Source: a virus
Virus record (IMG/VR): IMGVR_UViG_3300046534_001361
Span: 12,280 to 76,279 of that record
Reading direction: 5' to 3' (one strand)
Length of the DNA stretch: 64,000 bases
Shown here: positions 29,438 through 38,923 of the stretch, one piece after another
Position numbering within the stretch: the first letter of the stretch is position 1
How the letters are laid out: every line of letters starts with the position of its first letter
Program-made: the position numbers and the translations under genes
Notes under the pieces: model-generated
What the model was told of the DNA's origin: nothing
Seen by the model: only the letters and a program-made list of their open reading frames with translations
The model's database searches: none

Positions 29438-29767
29438 TTAAATTGGTTCACAAAACGATTTTCGGGCTTTGTCACATCTTGTTAATTGTGGCCCTAGTTG
29501 TTTTTGCACTGCATCAAACAAACCAGGGACAGCTTGCGCGTGAGGCTCTAAATAATGTCGACCCAACTGGGCGTAAAAACCCCTTAAGTAAGCTTCTGGA
29601 CCATATGTGAACATTGCCATCAACGCTCGCGCCTCTTTTTCCGGCAATTCAAAATGCAGTGTTGCCTCAAGTGTTGCTTGGTTTGTTACTTTCATTTTCA
29701 TTCCAGCGGGGCCAATACCCCGGTTTGTTAAATAATTGACTCGTCTTTTACTCTGGTACGATTCCAA
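29438..29767 (-). CDS. Hypothetical protein (true start probably near 29700)
   Basis: EARAL.AM..YG...YL..FY..LGRHYLEPH pattern. Confidence 0.55.
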   Translation of the reverse strand: MESYQSKRRVNYLTNRGIGPAGMKMKVTNQATLEATLHFELPEKEARALMAMFTYGPEAYLRGFYAQLGRHYLEPHAQAVPGLFDAVQKQLGPQLTRCDKARKSFCEPI

Positions 29768-30044
29768 TTTTTTTTACAGCATTGCAACTGACTCTAGATG
29801 TATAGCAGGCTCCGATATTTAAAAGCGCCCTCACCATTTCTAGCTGGCTGCGTCGGATTTAAGCTAACTTTCCTATTTAAATTCCGTGGCTTTGTCGTTA
29901 AGCACTCGTAAAGCCAGTTACAATATTGTTGGCCGTGTTCTGGCCTATTTCGGTTAGCTCCTTGCTATCACCGACTAGCATCCCACCATTATCTCCATTG
30001 CCAGTTATGCCCGTTAACGTTAGGCTCCGCCATTTTTACCTATT

Positions 30045-30641
30045 TTAAACCGGTGACGCGTTATCTTGGTGTTCGTCATCAGCTACAATTTCACCGCTAA
30101 CCAGATCATAACTATGAATCGTACCAATCTCGCCGAAATCCGGTGTAACACCATGAGTTTTACACCAGGTTGCTATTAAGTTATGCAAACCATTGGTTAG
30201 CTCGTCTTCGGCTTCGATTGATACATCCAAGTAGTCCTCTGCGCAATCACCCCCTATATCCTCTGCCTGACACTGCATATCCTCCAATATTACGTGAGCG
30301 TTGGGAAAAAATTTATGGTTTTCAACCGTTATTACCTGACAAATAAACACGGTTTGTTGATCATCGGCATTAGTGCGAGCGTCGGCCAATGCCGATTCTA
30401 CCGAGTCAAACAAACCGTTATCAAATCGATAATTGTCCCAACTGTAACTAAAATTACATTTATTAATCAGTTTTACCATGTTAGCCTCTGGGTGGTATTT
30501 ATTATGAACAGCCTGGATTTGTTCAAATAGTTTGTGACTGTCAGGGTAGTTGCCAGGTGAATTTCCTTTAGCCGGCCTAGCCTGTTCTATGATGCGTTGG
30601 TATTTTCTTAATTCATCAGTCTCTTTGCTCGATATGCTCAT
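30045..30641 (-). CDS. Hypothetical protein
   Basis: 198 aa, coupled to the holin stop. Confidence 0.6.
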   Translation of the reverse strand: MSISSKETDELRKYQRIIEQARPAKGNSPGNYPDSHKLFEQIQAVHNKYHPEANMVKLINKCNFSYSWDNYRFDNGLFDSVESALADARTNADDQQTVFICQVITVENHKFFPNAHVILEDMQCQAEDIGGDCAEDYLDVSIEAEDELTNGLHNLIATWCKTHGVTPDFGEIGTIHSYDLVSGEIVADDEHQDNASPV

Positions 30642-31060
30642 TTTGATTTACCTCTTAATTTCTCAACTGTTCGCATTGCACCCAATCCCAACAACATTCC
30701 AACTAATTCCATCAAGCCATCACCGGAAAATGGAAACTCTTGTATTTGATTTGCTGCCAAACTTTGCATTGCCCAAAGATAGGTAGCAACTGCGTATTTA
30801 ACGGGAAAGAAGAAAAACAACCCCAAAGCTGAAACCCACAATAAAGCTGGTCGCCCACCAGCTACAAAAAACGACGCGTGCCGGGCTGACTCTATGTTTG
30901 CCATGGCTTGCATCAGTTCAGGTTTCAGTTTTATCTCTTCTAACTGATTATTTAACTGCTGGCGCTCTTCATCTGACGTAAACAACCTGTCCCCAACTTT
31001 CCCCACCTGTTCAATGATGGTTCCTGCATCACCACCAATAAACTTTGTCAAAAAACTCAT
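30638..31060 (-). CDS. Holin, 3TM (gene-transfer-release type)
   Basis: FTSDEER, HASFFVAGGRPALLWV, GMLLGLGAMRTVEK. Confidence 0.85.
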   Translation of the reverse strand: MSFLTKFIGGDAGTIIEQVGKVGDRLFTSDEERQQLNNQLEEIKLKPELMQAMANIESARHASFFVAGGRPALLWVSALGLFFFFPVKYAVATYLWAMQSLAANQIQEFPFSGDGLMELVGMLLGLGAMRTVEKLRGKSK

Positions 31061-31207
31061 ACACACCTCCAATTAATTAGAATAAATATCAATACTGATA
31101 CTGATACACCTGCTTTTATAATTATAATGCACTTACATTGTGCGCTTAAATGCAGTAAAAATCAAACCAAATCAATTATATTCTGCTGCATTTAAGCTAA
31201 CGCGCTG

Positions 31208-32569
31208 TTAATTTGAGAATTTACTTTTTATAATAGTAAGAGCTAAACTTTCTTTGGTTTTTGCGCTAATATCACACCAGTCGATTAAATGCTTTTCGTA
31301 GATGTATTCAAAAAGACTAATCCAATCAAGTTTTCCAAATCCTTTTTGGTTGTGATTTGCGCCTGCTATTTTTACAATATCGTCAAGCATTGATGCCTTT
31401 TCCATTTGTAATGCGTGAGACAAATGATTACCTTTATCAGACAGTGATGCTTCGGACCACCAAACTTTAGGGTTTTTTGTTATAGCATGAATGTAACTGA
31501 TTAATTGTTTGTAGTCCGTCCTGAAAATGTTAAATATTTCTTTTGCTTCATTGGAAAATTTAATGTAAAACTGGTCGGCAGCGTCGATACTACCCGCGTC
31601 TTTTGCCCGCACTATTTTTCCCCCATATGTAACATTTTTTGACAAAGATAAGTCATGAACATATTCAACTACGTCGACAAGTGTCCCTGTAAAGCGATAG
31701 GTAAAGTTTTTGAAATTAAACCGAACTTCGAAATTAAAACAACCAGGACACTGGATATCTATCAGATCAGCCGAAAATAATTTTAATGCTGAGCGCATTG
31801 CGTCAAGCAGAAAAATACCTGGAACTGTGAACAAATCAAAAGCTTGAACAACGAGATCAATTTGACTTTTAGTACCAACAAAAGTATTAACAAATCCATT
31901 GAATCTCATTGTGCATTTAAATTTACCAGACCCGATGTAAATTCGACTAAGTACATCAAGCCCTGTATTTTCTGGCGAGTCAGTAGTATTTAGCGGGTGA
32001 CCCTCACAGTGATTAACTGCCCTGTTAATCTCAGTTGTCTTTTCTTTATTTAATAGCTCATAATTAAATGCACCTGCTATCACTTTTGTAGTTATGAATC
32101 CTGCGGCGGCTAAATCCCTTAAACTGCCCTGTTTGGTATTGAAATGCCTTTGCAACGCTCGCATTGTTTCCGGCGAAGCCTCAGTCACTGAATTAAATTC
32201 ATCCACGCTCAACGGAATGTTGCTACCACCGCAAGCAAAACTATAGGAAGGTCCACCAGAACCACAGAATACACCAACACTACCACCACCGCCGCCATGA
32301 AATATCGTGTCAGGTGGCTCACTGGTTACTTTTGCACCGTTTTTATCTTTATCGGTTGCAAATTTATTTAAATGCAACTTCCCAGAATCAAAACGTGCGC
32401 TATGCCAGTTTATAACGTCGCCTGAATCATGGTTGATAAAGTTAATATCAAATCCCCCACAAGTGGGTTTTACAACCAAATCTATTTCACCATTTTTAAT
32501 TACCAATGGGCCGTCATGCCCTGGCAATGAGATCACTTGAGTCTTTTTTGTTTCAACTTTCATCTTCAC
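31208..32569 (-). CDS. Mosaic hypothetical protein with a tape-measure-like segment
   Basis: 453 aa; Gly-rich linker followed by DEFNSVTEASPETMRAL...LRDLAAAGFIT. Confidence 0.6.
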   Translation of the reverse strand: MKMKVETKKTQVISLPGHDGPLVIKNGEIDLVVKPTCGGFDINFINHDSGDVINWHSARFDSGKLHLNKFATDKDKNGAKVTSEPPDTIFHGGGGGSVGVFCGSGGPSYSFACGGSNIPLSVDEFNSVTEASPETMRALQRHFNTKQGSLRDLAAAGFITTKVIAGAFNYELLNKEKTTEINRAVNHCEGHPLNTTDSPENTGLDVLSRIYIGSGKFKCTMRFNGFVNTFVGTKSQIDLVVQAFDLFTVPGIFLLDAMRSALKLFSADLIDIQCPGCFNFEVRFNFKNFTYRFTGTLVDVVEYVHDLSLSKNVTYGGKIVRAKDAGSIDAADQFYIKFSNEAKEIFNIFRTDYKQLISYIHAITKNPKVWWSEASLSDKGNHLSHALQMEKASMLDDIVKIAGANHNQKGFGKLDWISLFEYIYEKHLIDWCDISAKTKESLALTIIKSKFSN

Positions 32570-32591
32570 TCTCTTTATATTTTTTTACATT

Positions 32592-33212
32592 TTAATCAGC
32601 GGAATTATCTTTTGACTCTATTTTAGAATCTATTTTTCCTCTTTTTTTTGGCGTGTAGCATTCAACAAAATTAGGATCAGGTTGCGGCGGGGGATAGCTA
32701 ACAAAATGAGATCCACCACCGAACGGCGTACTAGTATCAAAATCTTTATTTTGATCAACTTCAAAATCGTCGTTAACAAGCTCCCCTTTTTCAATATCAT
32801 AAACCGAAACTTTACCACCGGTGTAAATATCCCGCTCAACTGCATACTGCACCGCATCACGTGCAGACTGACCAAAATCAAGGGCAGCCAAGGCAAAATG
32901 CTGACCAGTGCCGATCGCCCAACTTGATTCTAAAGAATATGTAAATAATTTAAAATCCTCACCGACTCCACAGGCAAAAGCCTCATGATTCCTAACAAAA
33001 AAGGCACCAACCTGTGTACTTTCGCAAAGACCCCCAGTAGTAAATGCATGAATAAACTCTTGCTCAGCGTCTAAATTACCGCATAAAAAAAGCAGATCAT
33101 CACCAGCACGGACCATTTTTTGGCTATCTAAACGAACAATTACATCACCATTAGTTAGCTGTCCGTCAAAAGCAATTTGACCAGCCTCTTTGTCATACAC
33201 TATAGTTGTCAT
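32592..33212 (-). CDS. HslV/proteasome-beta-like Ntn hydrolase
   Basis: MTTIVYD (N-terminal Thr), AFDGQLT, AIGTGQHFALAAL, RDIYTGG. Confidence 0.75.
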   Translation of the reverse strand: MTTIVYDKEAGQIAFDGQLTNGDVIVRLDSQKMVRAGDDLLFLCGNLDAEQEFIHAFTTGGLCESTQVGAFFVRNHEAFACGVGEDFKLFTYSLESSWAIGTGQHFALAALDFGQSARDAVQYAVERDIYTGGKVSVYDIEKGELVNDDFEVDQNKDFDTSTPFGGGSHFVSYPPPQPDPNFVECYTPKKRGKIDSKIESKDNSAD

Positions 33213-33270
33213 TATGTTTCCTCTTTTTTTGACCTTTAATTATACCATATTAATTAACTAATATAGCAAT

Positions 33271-33786
33271 TTATTTATCTAATATAACACGATTTCCAGT
33301 TAATAACGCAAGTGAAAAATCACGGGCCTTATAGCAGTCCTCAGCTTCAAACCAGGCAAAATGACAATCAACTTCTTTGATTTCCATCAGGACAGCGAGT
33401 CGTTTATAAGCCCTGCCTGCACCAATTAACTTACAAAGGGCCGTAAATGGAACTTTGCATTTTGCCCTAGTGGCTCTTAATTTTGCTTTAGCCATTGTGC
33501 CAATGGGGATGTATGTCCATACATGACATCTTACGTGGCTGTCGCACGGTTCACAGCGGTAAATCCAAGGCCACTCGTTCGACTGCCCCCCAAAAACAAC
33601 AAATCGATCAACTAGATTGACTGGCCCGCCGCAATGCCTACAAAATTTAGGCACAGGCATTGGGTTTTGGTTTTTTATTTTATTTTTCATTTTACGTTTA
33701 CTTTTGATTTTTGACTTTCGATTTTTGAACTTCGTTATTTCATAACTCGCGGCTTTTTTAATGTAGTTTTTACCTGATTTTGACAT
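33271..33786 (-). CDS. Zinc-finger protein (DUF3268-like)
   Basis: CRHCGG...YRCEPCDSHVRCH...PIGTMA...CHFAWF. Confidence 0.8.
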   Translation of the reverse strand: MSKSGKNYIKKAASYEITKFKNRKSKIKSKRKMKNKIKNQNPMPVPKFCRHCGGPVNLVDRFVVFGGQSNEWPWIYRCEPCDSHVRCHVWTYIPIGTMAKAKLRATRAKCKVPFTALCKLIGAGRAYKRLAVLMEIKEVDCHFAWFEAEDCYKARDFSLALLTGNRVILDK

Positions 33787-33856
33787 TGTGTTCTCGCTCT
33801 GTTAAATTTAGTTGCCCGGCATTAGATAGCCGGGATCGTGGTTGCTCGGTTTGCTA
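33787..33856 (-). repeat. Cassette element, stem-loop half
   Basis: AACCACGATCCCGGCTATCTAATGCCGGG followed by the AGAGCGAGA leader of the next gene. Confidence 0.85.
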
Positions 33857-34462
33857 TGAAAATAGCTTCCTTAGTGAAGCCTGAACCACTCTATTGGATG
33901 CAACATAAGCCGCATAAGCAGCATAATTAGGATCAAAAGCATCAGCATTAGCATCATAAGCAGCATTAGCAGCATTAGCAGCATAATAAGCGGCATTATA
34001 AGCAGCATTAGCAGCATTAGCATCATAAGCAGCCTTAGCAGCGTAATAAGAAGCATAAGCCGCATTGGCCGCATTGGCAAAAGCAGCAGGATAAGCAGCG
34101 TTAAGAGCATTACTAGCAGCATAAGCAGCGTAATTAGCAGTATTACGGGCGTTCAATCTATTCTCCTCGCATGGTTTCCTTATCCAGTCATTAGCCGATT
34201 GGATCGCAGCATTATCACTCGGATTATTGTTCAGATGCGACACGCTTTCCGCGCACTCAACGGCAAACTGTACAATCTTGATTTTTGGGAGAGTTTTACC
34301 GGCAAACCATAAAAGATCAGCCGTGGTATTCTTTCCGCAGATTAAACTAAGTACATTAACAGCCTGATCAGTGTTGCCTGTTTGTTCGATAAACCGGCTA
34401 ATTAGGCCCTTGTCTGCGCCAAGGTCTACTAATTGTTTTTTCGTAATTGTTGCCGTTGTCAT
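33854..34462 (-). CDS. Family A copy 4
   Basis: Same core and Ala/Tyr/Asn tract. Confidence 0.85.
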   Translation of the reverse strand: MTTATITKKQLVDLGADKGLISRFIEQTGNTDQAVNVLSLICGKNTTADLLWFAGKTLPKIKIVQFAVECAESVSHLNNNPSDNAAIQSANDWIRKPCEENRLNARNTANYAAYAASNALNAAYPAAFANAANAAYASYYAAKAAYDANAANAAYNAAYYAANAANAAYDANADAFDPNYAAYAAYVASNRVVQASLRKLFS

Positions 34463-34570
34463 TTTCGATTTCGCTCTATTTTAGTGGTCGGTTGTGGCGT
34501 CTTGCCGACGAATTAATATTAACACATTAACAGTTGATTGCAACTTTTAAATCAAATTGGTTTGAATTAA
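34463..34570 (-). promoter_or_regulatory. Cassette element, promoter/leader half
   Basis: AAACCAATTTGATTTAAAAG-TTGCAA-N16-TAATAT...TCGGCAAGACGCCACAA. Confidence 0.85.
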
Positions 34571-34634
34571 GTAGCTAGTTAGGATTTTAGGGCAATAAAA
34601 AGGCCACCCGCAGGTAGCCAATTTAAGCATTGAT

Positions 34635-34910
34635 TTACAACCCCAATTCTAAATCATCAAAATATTTATCATCTTCACGCTGTTTTTTTAAACGCTGAAA
34701 ATTATCAATTTTGTAATTTACTTCGATTAATTTATTTTCAAAAACAATTAGTTGTTTTATCAGCATTTCATGCATCAATCCTGCATCAATTATAATTACA
34801 GACTCACTATCTATCACTCTTAGCGAATCAACAGTCAGAATAAAGCGTTTTGCTATTGCAATGCTATTCTCTACCTCGTTTTTTTGCTCTAACAATTCAT
34901 TCATTTTCAT
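34635..34910 (-). CDS. Hypothetical coiled-coil protein
   Basis: 91-aa ORF with AAGG RBS. Confidence 0.5.
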   Translation of the reverse strand: MKMNELLEQKNEVENSIAIAKRFILTVDSLRVIDSESVIIIDAGLMHEMLIKQLIVFENKLIEVNYKIDNFQRLKKQREDDKYFDDLELGL

Positions 34911-34943
34911 TTTTTACCTTTACCTTTACTGTTTTATTAGTTG

Positions 34944-35273
34944 TTACCAATCGATTCTCGCATTAGATTTTTTAGCCTGCGCCATTGCACTATACATCGA
35001 CACCAAAAACGGCGCTAGATACGTTACAGCCGCCGCAACTTTATCAATAGACTCATTGCCAAAAATTGCACTATACTGATTAGCTATTGTTAATGCAGTG
35101 CCTATTACTATCGACACTCTGATCGCTGCCGGGGCAAATTTAATCATTCTTAATTTTTTCTGCTGAGTAGATATTGGTCTGTAATCAAGGGGTTTCCCGG
35201 ATTTGATCTTATAGCTCTTGCAGGTTCGATTAAAGGATTTTGTATCCTGTGCTATTTTTTTTTGTGATTCCAT
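34944..35273 (-). CDS. Small membrane protein with NrtS-like domain
   Basis: AIRVSIVIGTALTIANQ...TYLAPFLVSMYS resembles the NrtS pattern ALxVGTxLxxINQ...TYxVPxxVSxY. Confidence 0.6.
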   Translation of the reverse strand: MESQKKIAQDTKSFNRTCKSYKIKSGKPLDYRPISTQQKKLRMIKFAPAAIRVSIVIGTALTIANQYSAIFGNESIDKVAAAVTYLAPFLVSMYSAMAQAKKSNARIDW

Positions 35274-35275
35274 GA

Positions 35276-36103
35276 TTATTTTTTACCTGAGTTGTTTATT
35301 TTTTTGAATGAGTTTATTGCAGAGGTGAAATCGTCAACTCCGAGGTGTTTGCACGTTCTGATTATTACACTAATCATTGACGGCTTGACACCGGATAGAA
35401 TTGAAATCTGCTTGGTATTCATTAATCCCTCTTGATAAACAAACTTTATCGCTAGTAGACGTTTACGTCGGTCATCAATCACGCCGGTTACGTCCTGACC
35501 CCGGCCAATGCTTACTTTACTGATCAGCCCGGAAACAAACTCATAACTTAGCCCGACGGCCTCAGAAATCTCCTTGATAGTCATTAATTTGCCTTGATAA
35601 ATAAACTGCTTGCCTCTTTTTGTAAGCCGGTCATCAATCACGCCGGTTACGTCATTACCAGGTTCGATGTTCGATTTATTGATCAGGATGCGAACGTGTG
35701 GATACCCCAGCCCGACGGCATTAGAAATATCATGAACAGACATTAATTTATTTTGATAAATGTACTGATCTACTTTATTTCGGTCATCAATAAGGCTAGT
35801 TATGTCATGGTCGGGGCGAATGCTTGCTTTGCGGATCAGCCGACAAACTAATTGGTAGCTCAACCCGACGGCATCAGAAATATCACGTATAGACATTAAT
35901 TGATTTTGATAAATGTACTTTATCCCTGATCTCCCCCCCCCTTCACGCCGGTCATCAATTAGGCTGGTTACGTCGTGGCCGGATTTGATGCTGGATTTAC
36001 GTATCAGCTGGACAACCAAATTATAGCTTCGCCCAATGGTCTCAGAAATATCACGCATAGACATTAATTTTCCGCTGTATAAATAAACTACAGATTTACT
36101 CAT
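35276..36103 (-). CDS. Family C copy 1: tandem ~50-aa HTH-like module protein (~5 modules)
   Basis: Repeats of YxYQxKLMSxxDISxxxGxSYxxVxxLIxKxxIxxGxDVTxxIDDR. Confidence 0.8.
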   Translation of the reverse strand: MSKSVVYLYSGKLMSMRDISETIGRSYNLVVQLIRKSSIKSGHDVTSLIDDRREGGGRSGIKYIYQNQLMSIRDISDAVGLSYQLVCRLIRKASIRPDHDITSLIDDRNKVDQYIYQNKLMSVHDISNAVGLGYPHVRILINKSNIEPGNDVTGVIDDRLTKRGKQFIYQGKLMTIKEISEAVGLSYEFVSGLISKVSIGRGQDVTGVIDDRRKRLLAIKFVYQEGLMNTKQISILSGVKPSMISVIIRTCKHLGVDDFTSAINSFKKINNSGKK

Positions 36104-36783
36104 TACTGATCACCTTTTTTAACTTGAGTTCGTTTCATTTGACGCTGACCAAAACCCCTCAAAACCAATTCGGTAACGTCGCTGCCAGGTGGGTAATTGC
36201 CTGATTTTATTCTTTTAACAATTCCGTGATATCCAACGCAGGAATTTTCTGACAGCTCTTTTTGTCCCATTAACTTACCCATAAGCAACCATTTACCGGC
36301 TTTTCTTGCTGGGTTTAAAGCTAACTCTGTAACGTCGCTGCCAGCCGGGTAATTGCCTGATTTGATTCTGCGCAAAACTGTGGAATAGAGAACCCAGGAT
36401 TTTTCTGACAGTTCTTTTACGCCCATTAACTTACCTTGATAAATGTACTTTATCCCTGACCGCCCCCCCGTTTTACGCCGGTCATCAATTAGGCTGGTTA
36501 CGTCGTGACCAGGTTCGATGCTCGCTTTATTGATCGGCCTGCGAACCAAATTATAGCTTCGCCCAATGGCCTCAGAAATATCACGAGTAGACATTAATTT
36601 ATTTTGATAAATGTACTTTACCCCTGATCTCCACCGGTCATTAATAAAGCAGGTTACGTCATGACCAGGTTGGATGTTCACTTTATTGATCAGCAGACAA
36701 ACTAATTGGTAGCTCAACCCGGCAGATTTAGAAATATCACGCATAGACATTAATTTACCATCGTATAAATAAAATTTACTCAT
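36103..36783 (-). CDS. Family C copy 2 (~4 modules)
   Basis: Same module; C-terminal half nearly identical to 58697..59398. Confidence 0.8.
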   Translation of the reverse strand: MSKFYLYDGKLMSMRDISKSAGLSYQLVCLLINKVNIQPGHDVTCFINDRWRSGVKYIYQNKLMSTRDISEAIGRSYNLVRRPINKASIEPGHDVTSLIDDRRKTGGRSGIKYIYQGKLMGVKELSEKSWVLYSTVLRRIKSGNYPAGSDVTELALNPARKAGKWLLMGKLMGQKELSENSCVGYHGIVKRIKSGNYPPGSDVTELVLRGFGQRQMKRTQVKKGDQ

Positions 36784-37058
36784 TCTGAAACTCCCTCAAT
36801 ATTAAAGTTCGTAGAAATCCTTCCCAGTTCAACGCCAGCAGCAACCGCGCCCCCATCACCAACGTCACCATTGCGACACAGATCAACTTTACTGAAATCA
36901 TAAAAAGCCAACTCACAATCACCCATACAAAACGACCCGAGCCGTCCTGATGGACATGATTTCGCAATCTTTTCAAGCCTCACTAACCAAGCCTTTTCCG
37001 CCGTCGTTAGTGGCTTGCAACTCAAATCTTCATCTGCTGTGTACGATGGCATTAGCAA
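36780..37058 (-). CDS. Hypothetical protein
   Basis: LTTAEKAWLVRLEK...CPSGRLG...GD motif common in phage small proteins. Confidence 0.6.
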   Translation of the reverse strand: MLMPSYTADEDLSCKPLTTAEKAWLVRLEKIAKSCPSGRLGSFCMGDCELAFYDFSKVDLCRNGDVGDGGAVAAGVELGRISTNFNIEGVSE

Positions 37059-37290
37059 CCCTTATTTATTATCTTAACGAGCCACTTATGCAGCTCAAAA
37101 TCAGGATTCAATATTCACATAAATAAACTGATTAAGCAATGGTTATTTGCAATTTTATTATAAATTATGTTTTATGTTTTCTAACGAGCATAAAAAAGCC
37201 GCAAATAAAATATAAATGCGGCTAGCTGAATAATCAGCAATTGCCAGCTCGGCTGGCTACAGGTGGTAAATCACAACAAGTTAAGGCATA

Positions 37291-37836
37291 ATGTATAATA
37301 TCACAATAAACTATCAGATAACAATGTCAATCGAAAAAAGAATGAGCGCAATTGAGGCCTCCCAAAACCAAACAAATGAACTCGCAAGTAAAACTTTTGA
37401 AATGCTTGTAAAATCGACAAATGCAATGTCAAATGCAGTCGATAAATCAACGGAGGTTAATCATAAACTAGATAAGACGATTCAAAAATTTAATCATCAA
37501 TACGAAAGGACTGGTGAAAAAATGGACGCATTCAACGATTCGGTTGGAGAAATAAAAACCAATGTTGCACTGATAAAAGACATACAAAATAAACATGCCA
37601 AAGAGTTGTTTTTGTTATGCGAGGATAAAGCAAGCAGGGACGAAAGAAGAAAGGATCGAGAAAGCGACAGGAAGGAGGTTAAATTGGAAATAAACCATCT
37701 GCAAATATCACAAAGATCTTATGAAGATTTTAAAAATAAGTCGGAAAAAAAGAGCCTTGCTTCTTGGACCGCTATACTCACTATTGCAGGTGGCCTAGTC
37801 GCCGCTTTATTCGGCGCTTTTATAAAAAAGCAATAA
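37291..37836 (+). CDS. Coiled-coil protein with C-terminal TM helix (holin/anti-holin-like)
   Basis: Heptad-rich body; WTAILTIAGGLVAALFGAF anchor. Confidence 0.6.
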   Translation: MYNITINYQITMSIEKRMSAIEASQNQTNELASKTFEMLVKSTNAMSNAVDKSTEVNHKLDKTIQKFNHQYERTGEKMDAFNDSVGEIKTNVALIKDIQNKHAKELFLLCEDKASRDERRKDRESDRKEVKLEINHLQISQRSYEDFKNKSEKKSLASWTAILTIAGGLVAALFGAFIKKQ

Positions 37837-38228
37837 CCTATCAAATGACGTTGAAAGAACTGATATCTCAATCAAAGTGTAACAAATAGAGAAATACTCA
37901 CGAACCCCTGACATCTGAAAATTTAATTCCTTGCTCTGCCAGCCAACATTGAAAACCACTGCTATAATACAAAATACACATAACGTAATTATCCGAACGG
38001 AACTACCGCAGCAATACAGCATAAATAGCATAAATACAACTAGAGGGACCCTAGCTATAGAGTCTATAATGTAATAATCATAATATTTAAATTCGTTGAT
38101 TAAATAGTACTGACTAATAAACCCCACAAAAACACTTGCGACGACTGATAAAAACACATAAAAGTCGCCGCAATGAAGGAATTTAGGCCGGTGGAGTGAG
38201 TACACCGGCATCACCTTCAGGCTCATTG
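37807..38228 (-). CDS. Multi-pass membrane protein (start uncertain)
   Basis: About four hydrophobic segments. Confidence 0.5.
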
Positions 38229-38431
38229 TCTTTCTGCTTTTCAGCAGTAGAGGCAGTAGAGGCAGTAGAGATTTTCGTGATATTTGGTTTTTCAAGCATA
38301 ATAAAATTCCTCGATTTTGATTTTTTACTCAGGGTCTTTTTGACACGCTAGACCAAATGTCTTACTAGTATAGAGCTAGTAAGGCTTTTTTAGGTTTAAA
38401 GTGTAAGGTTTACAAAGCCTCATGAACTATT

Positions 38432-38860
38432 TTATAATGTTACCTGCTCGCTGTCAAGGCCCCAGCCCACTAAAAGCTCACCTCTGTATCTGCATTGCAA
38501 CTTCTTAGGCGTCATTGAGTCAGCTCTAAAATTGCCATCAACAGTTTCAGGTCTGCCATTTTTCCAAACCTCGTAAGTCACTCGTTTTAACAGCGTGTTT
38601 ACAGATGCAACATGATCAATACTTACACCGTCTGCAATGACAGAAAAGGCACTACGATCTAATTTATCACCACTATAAAAATCCATTTTTGCAATACGCA
38701 TATTAAACCAATCGGCATCAAGCTCAAAGTCGTCTTTAGAAACTGCGTCGCTAACAGCGGTCGCAAGAAAATCTGGCAAAAGTTCAATATTTTGAAATAG
38801 CAGCTCTGCTAAGTCTTTGAAATTACCGAGTTTATCTATATTAATTTGTAACTTATCCAT
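38432..38860 (-). CDS. Hypothetical protein
   Basis: 142 aa, AGGA RBS. Confidence 0.6.
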   Translation of the reverse strand: MDKLQINIDKLGNFKDLAELLFQNIELLPDFLATAVSDAVSKDDFELDADWFNMRIAKMDFYSGDKLDRSAFSVIADGVSIDHVASVNTLLKRVTYEVWKNGRPETVDGNFRADSMTPKKLQCRYRGELLVGWGLDSEQVTL

Positions 38861-38923
38861 TTTTTAATCCTGGTTTTGTTTAAAAAACCGTTCTACATGA
38901 CCGGCAGCATTTAGTAAGGCAGA

